From NCBI GenBank assembly GCA_002269645.1, contig NIVC01002457.1, forward strand, positions 1 through 64,000: a stretch of DNA of 64,000 nucleotides, given 5' to 3'. The notes under the pieces were generated by a model. It searched no databases. It worked only from the letters and a program-made list of their open reading frames with translations, and was not told the DNA's origin. The first letter of the stretch is position 1. Each line of letters begins with the position of its first letter. Below are positions 23,836 through 36,600 of this stretch, in pieces. The DNA is from Macrostomum lignano. Lineage: Eukaryota. The translations under genes were made by a program, and so were the position numbers.

Positions 23836-26800
23836 AAGATATTGGTCACGCAACAGGGACACTAGGTGGGTATGCACTGGAGAGAGAAAATACAAAAAAG
23901 GACATGATACAGGGTGGCATAAAATATATGAAATAAAACAAAAATTATTAAACACATCCTGCTATATATGAGTAAACACATGAAATGGATAAAATCAAAA
24001 CCCGCAATGGGACTGATGTCACTCCAAAATTTAGGAAACATCGCATGTACCACGCTCATGCAAAATATTCCAAATGTCAAGTTCAAGTTTATATGTGGCA
24101 ACTTGCCTGTCACACTTGCCTAATTCATTAAAATCATACATGCCCAATAGAGCATGACCAAGATGGCCACAGCTCTAAATTTCTAAATAGAGAAAAATAA
24201 GCCTAGATCTATATATTTCATGTGAATAACTTATGCCACATGTTATTCTATAAGTTATTCCGCACATAATTTTGCATGTTTGTAGCGGTTTTTCAGTAAT
24301 GAGACGAGAGCAAGGCAGTGGTTCAACTGGTTAATGAGTTTATAGAATAATGTTATTAGAATCTAGAAGAAGATTCGTGAAGAGATTCCAGCTGAGCTGC
24401 TCTATATTTATAGTGTTGAGATGCTCTTCCGGAAAGTTCTAGAAATATATAATGCATTATAACAAAATGATTGTTAAGAAAATACTGCTAGTTATTTATC
24501 GCTAGTTTTACCCACAGACTGCGAATACTCGTTAATTATTAAATATATTAAAATGCAGTAAATGAGAATTTGTTTCAGACATAGAACTTTCTAGAAAACA
24601 TACAAATAGAAATTTTTCGAAGGTCACGAAGGTTTGATGATAGACACTTTTGCTGTAAAAATTGCTCCTATATATATTAGATTTTCCTTCACACTTTAAA
24701 ACAAAAATTGTCTATTTATTCATACAGTATAACAAAAGAAACTTAATTTTGGCATTGCATATAAAGTCAACTTCCTAAGAAACAAATAGAATATTATTAG
24801 CACTACTTCACTTGTTTATATTAAGAAAAACTTTTAAGAAAATAAGTTGATGAAAAACATTTGCCATTAGCTTTCTTATTTGCACCAAAAATTACACATG
24901 GAAGAAAGCCATGGTAGCAGCATTGCATATTGCAACTTTGAAAAAGAAATATGTGAAATTATGAATGTAGCTGCCAGCTATGGCATATCAGTCATTAGGC
25001 ATGGCACAAAAAGATAAAAAACAAAATGACATAAATAAAAGCTATAGAAACAAAAGGGGACAAAAATATTTGTTTAGCTATTCACATTTTATAAAAGTTT
25101 GTTAATATTGCCATCAAAAGACCCATTTTGGTATAAATTTATTAAATGATTTAATGAAGCTGAACAAAAATGTACAATCCTGATTTTTAATTGTATGAAC
25201 AAGCCTTCAGTTCAGTAGCTACCCTAATTGGGAAAAATCTGTTATGAAAATAGCCAAACTCAGAAAAACAGAAGGGTAAAAAATTTATAAAAATATAAGA
25301 CTTTTTAAAGATTGCTTCCAATGTTTGCATCAATAAAAAAGCACTATGCTGACTCTCAAGGTTCAACTAAATGTATTTCTTGGTCACAATGAGATTTTAT
25401 GCACTAAAAAGCTTCTCTGAGTCAGCATTAAAAGGCATAATGCAATGTAGTGCATAAATGAGCAGTTGAATAAAAGTTTAAGACACATAAAAGAAAAATA
25501 AGCATAGTATAAAACCTGATTGCAGCGCATGGGCATTTTGGCGGACGGCGTCCGGCGCGGATCTAATACAGCGCGGCGCGGCGCATACGGCGAGCAGCGA
25601 TTAGTACGGCGCGGCGCGGTACTAATTAGATGCCGAGGCATTTACGCTTGATAAGACAGTCATAGTTACTCCTGCCGTTTACCCAAAACTGCGTTAATTT
25701 TGCTTTAGGGTTTCTTTCACAGGTAAGTCATTTCACAGCGTGGCGCAGGTTGTGTAGGCGTCTGGCGTACTTAAGCCATGCGCTGCAATAGGGGTATAAA
25801 ATGTTCAATGTTCAGTAATTAAAACCTTAGAGGTCATAGTACCCAGGTAGATCTCAATAAAACATCTAGATGAGCTGTTAAAAGTACTATCACAGCTCTA
25901 TGTTGATCCACTGGTGCTGCATTGGCTGGGTATCAGCTTGAAGCATGCACTGGAGTCATTCAGTGACTTCCTACAGAATTGGCAAAGTAGCCTGTCAGTC
26001 TAATAGAGTGGCCCTCTTTTTCTCCAGTTCACAAGGCTGGTTTGAAGTTGTAATAGGCAATACCCTACTTGGCCTTGGCACTTGGTGGTGGATTCTTCAC
26101 TTGGAGGCTTTAGGCAAGTTGGCTGCCTTAAAGGGGCCTTGTTCTCTCACTGTTCCTATTCTTATTGCTCTTGCTCTTGCTCTTGTTGCTCTTCTGAAGC
26201 ATTGTCCTCTAGGAGATATTGTAGGAATTTATCAATATTGTCATTATTATCCATTCTTTATATTTAATTTTGTGCACAGCTCTTAATACTGGTATTTGCA
26301 ATGGTCTATAGATATGCAAAATATGGTGCTTCTTTACAGTAAGGTAGGTTCATTTTATAGGCTGGCAGGCCAAAAAACTAGACTATATCATTGTGTTTCT
26401 TTCGTGCCTTAGGTGGGGTATGCTTAGGTTGGCAGATTTGACATTCAGATTTTTATCAATTTTCTATTTATTTATTTTTTGAGACATTTTTAATCAATAA
26501 CTTCATTGCTCCACTATGACCTAAAATGCCTTCAACATGCAGCTCTTTAGCCTTCTTTTTTATCAATTGTCTTTTGCTACATTGCTAAATAATTTGATTG
26601 TTGTATCTTTTGTACTTTATTAACTTCTCTTTCTTGCTCTGCCTCAATCTCTATCCTCTTTTGTAGTTGCTCCATTGCATGCTGCTGCTGTTTTGTTTAA
26701 AAATGCTTAGCTATTTTACTCCAAGCTTCAAAGCTATTGACAATTATTTAGGCTATAGCTGGATTTGCTTTAAGCCTGTTTTTAATGGCCAGTAGTATAT

Positions 26801-28624
26801 TAAACATAAATTTAGATAGCTTATTAACATTGTTTTGCAAGTCATTATAAAGCCACTTTAGGAACAATTTGCTATCTGAGTTGCCATATAAGATGCAATA
26901 TGCACTGTATCCTAATTTTGATAATAACAAGTATGTGACACTGCTGCACTACTCAGACTGGCAGCCTAGTGACTTCCAACCATAGCTTATATAGGTCATT
27001 GACTACAATAATTGTGCTCATAGAGTTTGAAACCCTCAGTATGGTCCTATCTAAAGAGCTTTGATAACCTTGTTTTGCTGTGGCAAATAAGACAATAGCC
27101 TTTTCACTAGTTTGCCATAGAAGTTATATATACTTAAAGAACCAATGCTATCAATGGGTGACAATTTGCCTATAGTCTCACAAATCTTGCTAATGACCAG
27201 ATTTGCATTCTCCAGCTAATTAGAGCACTCTTTGACTTGGAAGTTTATTCATGCTTGGTACCATATTTAGTATAAAAATGGTTACAGATATCATCAAGTA
27301 GTTTGTTTGCCTTACTAGATTTGTCCAACAACTTCACTGTGTATTGGATAACATTATGCATGTGACATAGGCTATACCCACTAATGTTAATCAGATGATC
27401 TAGCTCAAATAGGGGATAGTCAAGCATGAAATGTTTAATTGGATGTGAAAAGATAGTGAATATTTTATCTAGGCATGATCATCATTATGATCATAAAAAA
27501 ACGACAATGCAGTCTCATTGTTAGTTTACTTAACCTAAATTTTATTTGTTTTAATATGTTGATACTTGTTAATATTGTTAAATAAACTTTATTGTTGTTT
27601 TACATAATTATGTTCATATTTTAATCTTTGTAAATCCAATAGGAAAGTTATAGTTACAATAAAAAGCAAGCAAAAGTTAACACCTTAAAATCAGTGAATA
27701 TTAACCACAATCATAAAAATAGTTGTTGTGAATTCATAAAATTGTGATTACAATTGTGATCATGTCTGATCCCTAAAAATATGGCTAAAATTGACTTGAT
27801 GTGATTTAACTAAGCAAGATAAAAGATTTTTAATGTAATTTAATAGAGTGCAAGGCAATTTGATTTGATTGCTTTATATCCATATTATGCAGATTGATCT
27901 TCAAAGTGTTTTACTACTGTTTTTGACTAAATTCATGGCAAATTTTAGTCAGGTTTTAAAATTAAAGTTGCCTTTGTATGATCATATTTAACCTTTTATT
28001 ACATTTTTGTTATTCCCTAAACAACAGAGACAGGCAGTTTGAAGTTGATAATTTCTCAGTTTAATGATTTTAAACATTTTAAAGTAGGCCTCTATATGAA
28101 TACATAAATTGATGTCTATCCATGTAGGATGTGGTCTACCATAGCCCCTAGGTTGCTGCTTATAGTTTATTTGGTTTATTAAATTATGACTATAGCTACT
28201 TGGGTACCTACTTGAGATGGGTACCTACCTATGTTCTGACACATCCATGTGTCAGGGGTGGTTTTTTATTAAGAGAAGGTTTATTAAATTAATTCCCATA
28301 TAATTTTTGTGGTTATAGTAATGAGGCATTTGTAAAAAAACAAATTTACCTAACGATAGTAGCATTGATTAATGAAAAGGTTAAAAATAACTATAAAATA
28401 AGGTTAATACAGATTATAAAAAGTGTATAAAACTTTTTTCTTTTTGCTATATTTGTGTGATTAAATGTTTTTTGTAGATCCAGAACTCACTGGAACAGAT
28501 GCAGCAGCGATTCCAAGAAATGTCTGATCAGATCAGCAGCCGCATGGACGAGATGGGCACCAGAATTGACGATATCGAGCGCAATGTTGCGGAACTAATG
28601 ACCCAAGCTGGAGTTGATAATTAA
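22543..28624 (+). CDS. HSBP1: Heat shock factor-binding protein 1, 2 exons (22543-22644, 28478-28624)
   Basis: Spliced product MAST...TDPKNVAELNAY|IQNSLEQMQQRFQEMSDQISSRMDEMGTRIDDIERNVAELMTQAGVDN* matches the HSBP1 coiled-coil signature; gtaagt donor and tttttgtag acceptor. Confidence 0.93.
25515..25793. mobile_element. MITE with 18-bp TIR and 8-bp TSD in the HSBP1 intron
   Basis: TIR cctgattgcagcgcatgg / ccatgcgctgcaataggg; TSD gtataaaa at 25507-25514 and 25794-25801; CpG-rich against CpG-poor flanks. Confidence 0.85.
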
Positions 28625-29243
28625 ATTTAACTTGTCACTACTGACTACTATTAGACATCAATGTGTTTCTATATAGATCTTGATTAGTTAACCTAGATTA
28701 GTAAATTTTATATAGCCCTAAAGTCCCTAAGAGTCCTCCCCAGAAGTACTCGAAAAAATGTACATAAGAATCGTAGTATAAAATTAAAGTACTTTTTCTA
28801 CGATTATTATTGCAATGCAAAAGCAACTTTCTGTATTAATAATCTGCCAATAATCTGTTTCCCACTGTGCAATATGCTATGAGAACATTTCAAGCTTTCG
28901 CATAAAACTCACATGTAACCGGAATGTGTTAATTTAATTTTTTATCACCAGTTATTCTACTCTCAATAGCAGTCTGTCTAATCACAATTTTTGCAATAAA
29001 AACTAACTTGTCTGTTTATTACTACTTTAAGTAAGTTTTTTTTTTCAAAATCGACTTTAATTTCGCACTTTATTATATATATATATATATATATCCTGTT
29101 CGATTCTTTAAAGTTAATTTTTGTTTTCAAAAAAGTATAAACGTTTTGGTTCGATCTGTTAATTACAAATCGATAAACAAAGCATTTTGTCTTGTTTTTT
29201 TCATAGTTTATTTAGGGTCACACAAGTTCCCTGTTTTTGTAAA

Positions 29244-29495
29244 GATTGTAGCCTAGTGGTCAGAGCGTCGGACTCACGACTGACTGAAAGGTCAGGGGTT
29301 CGATTCTTGACCCACTCGGAACAATTTGTGTTCTTAAGCGACCCCCCCCCAGTCCTTGGACTGAACAGCCTTACGCAGCCTTCAGATGTGCCGCGCAATA
29401 GCTGCGGCTGAGCTGTCGGTTGTACATCCGCCCCCCCCATTGGTGCAGGTGTAATCAATTATTGCAACCGAATGAGGATGATATTCTGAAAAAAG
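29244..29495 (+). mobile_element. tRNA-derived SINE-like element, family B (tRNA-Val-like head)
   Basis: A-box tagcctagtgg (29249-29259), ctCACga loop, B-box ggttcgattct (29297-29307). No acceptor-stem pairing; followed by about 180 bp of body and an A-rich end. Confidence 0.65.
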
Positions 29496-29851
29496 ACGCT
29501 TCCATTTTTAGCTGCTGAAAGTGTATCATACATTTCACAGTTGAAAATCTCTTTATTCTTCATATTTCCGGTTGCAAAAAGGCGCGGGCTTGGAAGTTGG
29601 AATATAACTTTTCTTAGAAACTTCGGGTTTAAATCTACGCGTGTACTTTAGTAAGATTCCTATTTAGCAGCCAGAAAAAAACTTCATAACACCCACAAAC
29701 TCCAAACCTATAACGCAGCTTTTCTAGTGATGATTTTCAGGCAGTTTAATTTCAAGTAAGACATGAGAAAAGCCAATTTATTGCATGCTTTGCTAAGACA
29801 AGAAGCCCACGTGAAAAATTTATAAATTGCTATTTCAACTAATAATTCACG

Positions 29852-30169
29852 ATGGTAAAAGTACTAGCCACTAAAGCCGAGTTCGATGCCCTTCTGGCCG
29901 AGTCAGGCAGCAAGCTGGTGGTGATTGACTTCACCGCCACCTGGTGCCCTCCATGCCGCATGATTGCGCCGAAATTTGAGCAACTGTCCAAAGACACGCC
30001 CGATGTGGTCTTCGCCAAAGTTGACGTGGACGAGAACGAAGAGACGGCCGGCAGTCAGGGCATCGAGGCTATGCCAACGTTCCTACTGTTCAAGGACAAG
30101 AGCCAGGTTGACAAGATGCTTGGTGCCGATTTCGATGGCCTGGTGAAGTTGGTTGAGAAGCACAAGTAG
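29852..30169 (+). CDS. TXN: Thioredoxin (105 aa, intronless CDS, WCPPC active site)
   Basis: KLVVIDFTATWCPPCRMIAPKF..VVFAKVDVDE..IEAMPTFLLFK is the classical Trx fold; AATAAA at about 30240 and 30312. Confidence 0.93.
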   Translation: MVKVLATKAEFDALLAESGSKLVVIDFTATWCPPCRMIAPKFEQLSKDTPDVVFAKVDVDENEETAGSQGIEAMPTFLLFKDKSQVDKMLGADFDGLVKLVEKHK

Positions 30170-31124
30170 CTAGTTGAGAATTTGCCTACTTGTTGCCTTG
30201 TTAGAGAATGGATTTGACAACTTATTTAGTTTCCTTTTAATAAATCCAATGGTCTTAATTATTATTATTGTTTTCGTTCCAAATTAAATTAATTTGCCCG
30301 CTATTAACATTAATAAAAGCTTATTGAAAATTTTTTAAACCTATTGTTTCAACACTGGCATAGAAATCTATATAATACACCAGCTAGTAGTTACCAAGTA
30401 ATAAAAATATTATGTGCAATTTAAATTTCATATTAATAATTTTTCTCTTTATTTTCACCTTTATTAATAATAAATTCATTTTTCTTCTGACAAAGAGGCT
30501 TTAAAAAGCAACAAGCAACCAACGACTCTAATTTGTTTTTCTTTTTGTTGTTACTAAAATTCAAGATCTGCAATTTCTTAGACTTCAATTGTGCCAGTTG
30601 GAATTTTCTTCTAAATAAATCCTATTTCTATCTTATCACTTAAATCCTTTGAATCAAGCAAAAGTTTTTCTACTTGCTTAGAAAATAATTAAAATATTGG
30701 CTTTGGCTTTTCGATTTGACTACAATTAAAGCATGTGATGGACTCGCCCATTTTTGCACTTTCTTTACATGTAAGATCCTTGAAACAGGGGATTCTATGA
30801 TATTTAATCTCCTTATGTTCAAACTTAAGGAATAAGAATAAGGACTTCTCTATAAGATTTCTGGGTATCTCTAACTCAATTGAGAGACCCACGAAAACAT
30901 GTTTTAATAAAATGGGGCCAAAATAAGACTAAATTTTGACACTCCTTCTCGTCGGATAAGTTAAATAATCAACAATTCAATTGTTAAGCACTTGTAAGTT
31001 TTTGTTCCAAAGTTTGAGCTCCAACTGAGAATTGAGAGTAAGTCTTTTCCGGTACGTCTGCAAGTGCATTAGGGCTTGCAATTTGCCCCTAAGTTGTATT
31101 TCTCTCTTTGTGCATTGGATGCGG

Positions 31125-31440
31125 GTCGCCATCATAAACCCGAAAAATCACAACTCCGAAACCAAAAATGGCAAAATAGCATTGCCCATCATAAACCCGA
31201 AATATCATAACTTCGAAAACCAACATTGCTAGAACCTTCGGAGTTATGATACTTCGGGTTTATGATGGACAATGCTATTTTTGTTTTCAGAGATATGATA
31301 TTTCGGGTTTGTGATGTGTGTTGCTATCAATTTCGGAGTTATGATATTTCGGGTTTGTGATATTTCGGGTTTATGATATTTCGGGTCTATGATGGAAAGC
31401 GCTTTTCGGAGTTGTGATTTTCCGGGTTTGTGATGCCCCC
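31125..31440. mobile_element. Foldback/MITE-like palindromic element
   Basis: Left catcataaacccgaaaaatcacaactccgaaa is mirrored by right tttcggagttgtgattttccgggtttgtgatg; repeated subunits flip orientation near 31230. Confidence 0.7.
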
Positions 31441-33600
31441 CCATTGGATCATTCTCCTTGTTGCATTTTGCCTGCGTTCGTTGAATTGTCTTGCTGTTTT
31501 TTTGCCCGAGGCAAAATGAAGAAGACACAACTGAATTGTTGACTTCTGAACTTATCCGATTAGAAGAAGTGTCACAATATACGCTTATAAAATTTATAAT
31601 ATACCTATACCATAAATATTGGCACGAGGGCAGGCAAGGTTGTGGGCCACCATGGCAATTCTGCTCATTCGATCGACTCCAGCTGAGCACATACAAGCAT
31701 AGGCTGTATAGCGGACCTTGTTCACTTTCTAATCGTCGGGCATGTACATGTACTTCGTCTTGGCGGTTGGCCGCCAAGCGCACGACAATCGATCAGAACC
31801 TGGGTTAGTGGAGTCAGATGACGCCTTTACCATTGAGCTTTTCTGGCTAGATGGCTAGGATAAGCTTAGATAACCTTAAATGGTTAGTGCGGAATTTGTA
31901 TCCAGAATAGCCTGTCCATTAAACAACTAGGCAAGCTGGCACCAATAAGTGAATGTATAATGGCATATTGCTTTGATACATTTGCAAAAGTCGCGTGTAG
32001 ACAACAATATAATCGAACTTCTCATCTGCATCCAAAGAAGCCTAGTTCTTGTTTTTAAAGTAGCGACACTTAGGTACAACAGGTTCTCGTTTATAGAGAT
32101 TATCGAGCTGTGCAGCTTTAGCTTTATAGTTTTTTGGTGTATAATGTACCATACTCGTGCCGGTACACTTAGCTTGACGTCCTGCTGAAAAACTGAAGTA
32201 GGACGCTACGCACTTAATTTTCCTAAAAAAGCTGCATCCTAAATTCACTAGCGATCCGACAAATGTAAAGCTGCGTTCCTTCTCCAGATCATTTCAAAGA
32301 AAATCTAGTAGCTAAAAAACAAAAAAGAGATTTAGTTCGTGCCACTTCGTGTTTGTTGATATTCAGGACCTCTTCTGCGATGTTTGTAAAGTGCCTGACG
32401 TCATTTTATGTTGGTACACCGTCAGCTGTGCCACTAATTCCATTATCCTGTGAGGCACACTTGGCTAGCTTTGTATAGACGACACAAAAGGTTATAAAAA
32501 TTTGGCCTTTAGGCTGCTAGAATAACAGAATGCAATCAAGTTTTTTTGCTTTTTTCTGTGCCCATAAAAGAATTGATGCTTAAAGCTGTTTGCCGTGCTC
32601 GTACCTGCTTATTGTAGGTCAAGCAAATATCAAAGTACACAGTAATCTTTTTTGTCTTCATTGACATTTCACATCTTAAACGTTTTTAAAGGTTAATTTA
32701 TTAAAATAGATTACCTTCTAGAAGAGAAAAACTTTGAAGTATTTAAGAAGCATATTTGTAGAAGTACACAGGTCAACAAAGATAAACTCACAAATAACTG
32801 ATCATAAATGGTTTTAGTTTATTTTTTAAATTGTTTTTTTTCAATAAACAATCAAACAAATCAAATAATCTATCGATCATATTTGAAAAAGGAAGGAAAA
32901 GAACCAGACAACAATATGAAAATTGCATTGAGAAACCTTAATTATTTGTAATCCAATAGTGCATTCAGTACTTTTGTTTACAGAACATTAAAGCAGAGGA
33001 ACACAAAGTTGGCGGTGAGAATGTGTGGTTACACTTCGTGACAAATTATTTTAGCATCTTTGTTTAGAATATATTTAGCTCGCTTAATGTACATGTATTT
33101 CCCAAGCAAAGTTTTTTTCAAATGCTTACTTAGCCAGCTATAATTTATTTGCCCTTAAACTATAATGGTTACGTAAAAAATTGTCAACTTAATAAAGAAA
33201 ATACATAAGACAATTATTACGACAAAGCAAAACGACCAAAACGATGAAAGCTAAAAAATTAATTAACTGAAAGCATAACTGTCAAACAAACAATTGAAGC
33301 AAGAACATGTAGCTAAATATATACATAACGGATGTCCCGATAAAAGCTTAAATTATTTTGTTTGACTCCTGCATTTTCGGCACTCTGAGGCCCGGCCGAT
33401 ATGTACCTACGCTAGCATATCGAGAAATAATATCTATAAATTTTATCTATAACAAATCACATTCGATTCGAGCAATGCCACTGACAATCGGCAGAAATAA
33501 TTAAGCTTTGCACACAAGCCAATTAATTTCATAGACAGCATCTTCCGGAACGGATTAAGCCAGGGACAGATGCTGTCTGTCTTTCAAGGGACGCCGTCAG

Positions 33601-36600
33601 TCACAGTTCCTGGGTGATGCAGTTCAGCTGCTGTTGCTGTTGTTCGGCTCTGAGCAGCCAATGCGCTGGCACCATCACTAATCCACTGGCGATGAGGCTG
33701 CAACCGCACACCAGGAAAGGTACGTCAAATGATGATGTCCAGTCGTAAAGAAGGCCTGCGTATGTAGTGAAGTGTCGAGGTGACTGACGGACGGATTCAA
33801 TTTAGCTAGTGGCAGGGTGACAACAAAGAAAATTACAAATCAACAAAGTCATCAGCTAGCTACACACCAGCCAAAGGCGGTCCAGCCAGCACGCCAACTC
33901 CTTGAAACAGCAGCGTCAGGCCGAACGAATCGCTGAGCTTGTCGATGCCGACCAGGTCAACCAGGACCGGTGACGTCAGCGTCACGAATGAGCCTGCGCA
34001 GGGGCGTCGCCATGGATTTTATGGTGGGGGGACAAAGCCAAAAATTATACGTGTACATGTACATGACAATTCTTACATGTACACTATTTTCAGAATCGGT
34101 GTTGTTAGTACTCATTTTAGCGCCGCAGGCACTCATTTTAGCGCCGCAGGACTCATTTTGGCACCACAGGCCCTGCAGCAAAATTATTGATTTCCATCTC
34201 GGGTCACAAGTTGGGGTGGGGAACAAAGCATTGGCATGTTCCCCCCAGATCTTTTACTGGGGGGGGGACATGTCCCCCCTGTCCCCTCCCGTTAGCGACG
34301 CCGCTGACTGCCTGCGTAGGATTTTCGAATGCATGCTTCTTCCATCAAATTGCATCAATCTATCTCGGAATGTAGATATATATCAATTAATCTCACCTGA
34401 GAACAGACCGAAGGCGGCGCAGCAGGCAGCGCTGAAGGCGTATTCATCGGACAGGCAGCTGATGGCCAGAGCCGCTCCAGACACCGCCAGGGATGCCCAG
34501 TACAGCTGCAGCCGCCGACTGTCTGCGCCGCGGTCTGACAGCCAGCCGAACCCCAGCCGGCCCACAGTGTTGGCGCCGCCAATCACCGACACCAGCAGGG
34601 CGCTCTCGGTGTCCTCGTGTCCGGCCCGCTGCGCCCTGTCCGGAGTGTAGATGTACGGCGCATTGAACCCGATGCTGCACAGCAGGTTGGACAGCAGGAA
34701 CAGCAGGAAAACCGGTTTAGTCAGCAGCTCCAAGTTGAAAAATTTCTGCGCATCCGCAGACTCTGCCGTCGTTGTCGCTGCGCCGCTGGAATCGGCGCCT
34801 GCAGCGGCCGAGCCATGAGTAGCGCCGGCTGCTGGCACGGAGGTGAGGCTGGTGATGGAGCGGACGAACTGCACCGGTCGACTCACGTTAGTGAGACTGG
34901 CGCTGGTCAGATGGTGATGACGCTGCTGATGATGCGGCGGCTGCAGCAGAGCCTGAGATCGCGGCTGGCACTGCACTCGCGGCCGCATGTCTTGCACGGA
35001 CAGGAAATCAGCGACCGCTGGAATCGGCTGCTGCAACATCTGCTGCTTGTTGCCGTCTCCTAGAAGCTGATCATTGTCGGCCACGTCAGCGACGGAAGAG
35101 TTGCTTCTGAATTGGGAGCCAGGCAAGAATGGCTGAGACTTAAGAGCAGTTCTGCCCATGCATTCCGCTGGCTCCTGAGCACATGCAAGCGCGCCAATGC
35201 TGTCCGCAGGCACGCACTCATGCACACAGCTCACACAGGGTGTACAGCGGCTCTTTTGACTTTCTAATCGTTTCTCGAGCCTCAAATGAATGCTGGGCAG
35301 CGAATCGAACGCCCCTAGCTAGGCTTCTCTATACAATTTTAAAGTAGCTAGGCTAATCGCAACCCATGCAGTGGCATTCAAAACTACGAGTATTTTGAGC
35401 TTATAGCACCAACAGTCCAAAATGTACTTTGCTGTCTCGTTCCCTGGTGGCAGCATCGTCGTCAGCAGCAGCGACCGGCCGCCGTCGTCGCCACCTTCGT
35501 CAGCCGACGCTCGACGAACAATGGGCAGCGGGTGCGGCGACGACGGCGACAGCAATTGATGATGACGTCCAGGAGTTGGCAGCGGCGTCGTCTTGTCGTT
35601 GTCATTGTCGATGTCGATGTCGATTTCGGGCTGATTAGCCTCCAGCTGTTTCTCCGGAGGCGACTGATCTGTCGACGATGAAGAAGATAAAATCTGGTCG
35701 AGTTTGAACGGTCGGAACAGAGCAGCGAATACGGCGCACTGGAGCACGGCGGCAGATAGTATGATCATGGTCCCTCTCCAGGTGTACTGGCGCAACAGGA
35801 AGCTAATTAGCGGGCTCATCGCCAGAGTGCCTGGATTGCATTTTGAAGGTGACAGATTGTTAGGGGCTGGGTGGTTCAGGAGATATGTACACTGGGTAAG
35901 ATTCAGGATGTTGGGGTGGGTGGCTCGGGAGTCATGTACATGTACACTGGGTGAGAGATTAAAGTGGATGGTTTGTTAGGCATGTACACTGGGTGAGAGA
36001 TTGGGGTGGGGGGAGTCATGTACACTGGGTGAGAGATTGGGGTGGGTAGTTTGGGAGTCATGTACACTGGGTGAGAGATTGGGATGGGTGGCTCGGAAGC
36101 CATGTACACACTGGATGGCAGACTGGGGTGAGTGGTTAGAGAGTTTTGTACACTAGGTAAGAGATAGAAGTGGTTGTTTTTGTTTTTAAAAATTGCAGCT
36201 GAGCAATTTTCTTGCATAGGGTGGGCCCGTGCTCGTTAAATACATTTATGCACCGTCAAAACAAAATGCGCCGAGAAAATTACAGCCATCTGACTAGCTG
36301 GATGGAATCATTTTATCAGAGGCAATTTTCTTTCGCTATAAGCAATTAAAATAATTATTATAATTGGTGGATTGAGTCTTCAAGCCTCACCGACTCCGGA
36401 GCCGCACACTGCAATACCAATCGCTGTTGACCTGTACTTCTCAAAGTAGATGCCCACGCAGATTATAGCTGGCAGATAGATCAGACTCATGCCGAAGCCT
36501 GAAATGATCAATGATAAAATTAGCTTCCTCTGTTTTTCTCGCGCTCGATTCTGACTATAAAAAGCTGCATAGAGAGTTCTACTCCGGGAGTAGCATATAG

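Noticed and set aside
29244-29320. Functional tRNA-Val(CAC) gene
   Set aside because: No acceptor-stem pairing, an extended variable region and a SINE-like body downstream.
35286-35427. Stop-codon readthrough joining the two same-frame MCT ORFs across one TAG (35319-35321)
   Set aside because: A 276-nt GT-AG intron (35427-35152) containing a SINE explains the shared frame.
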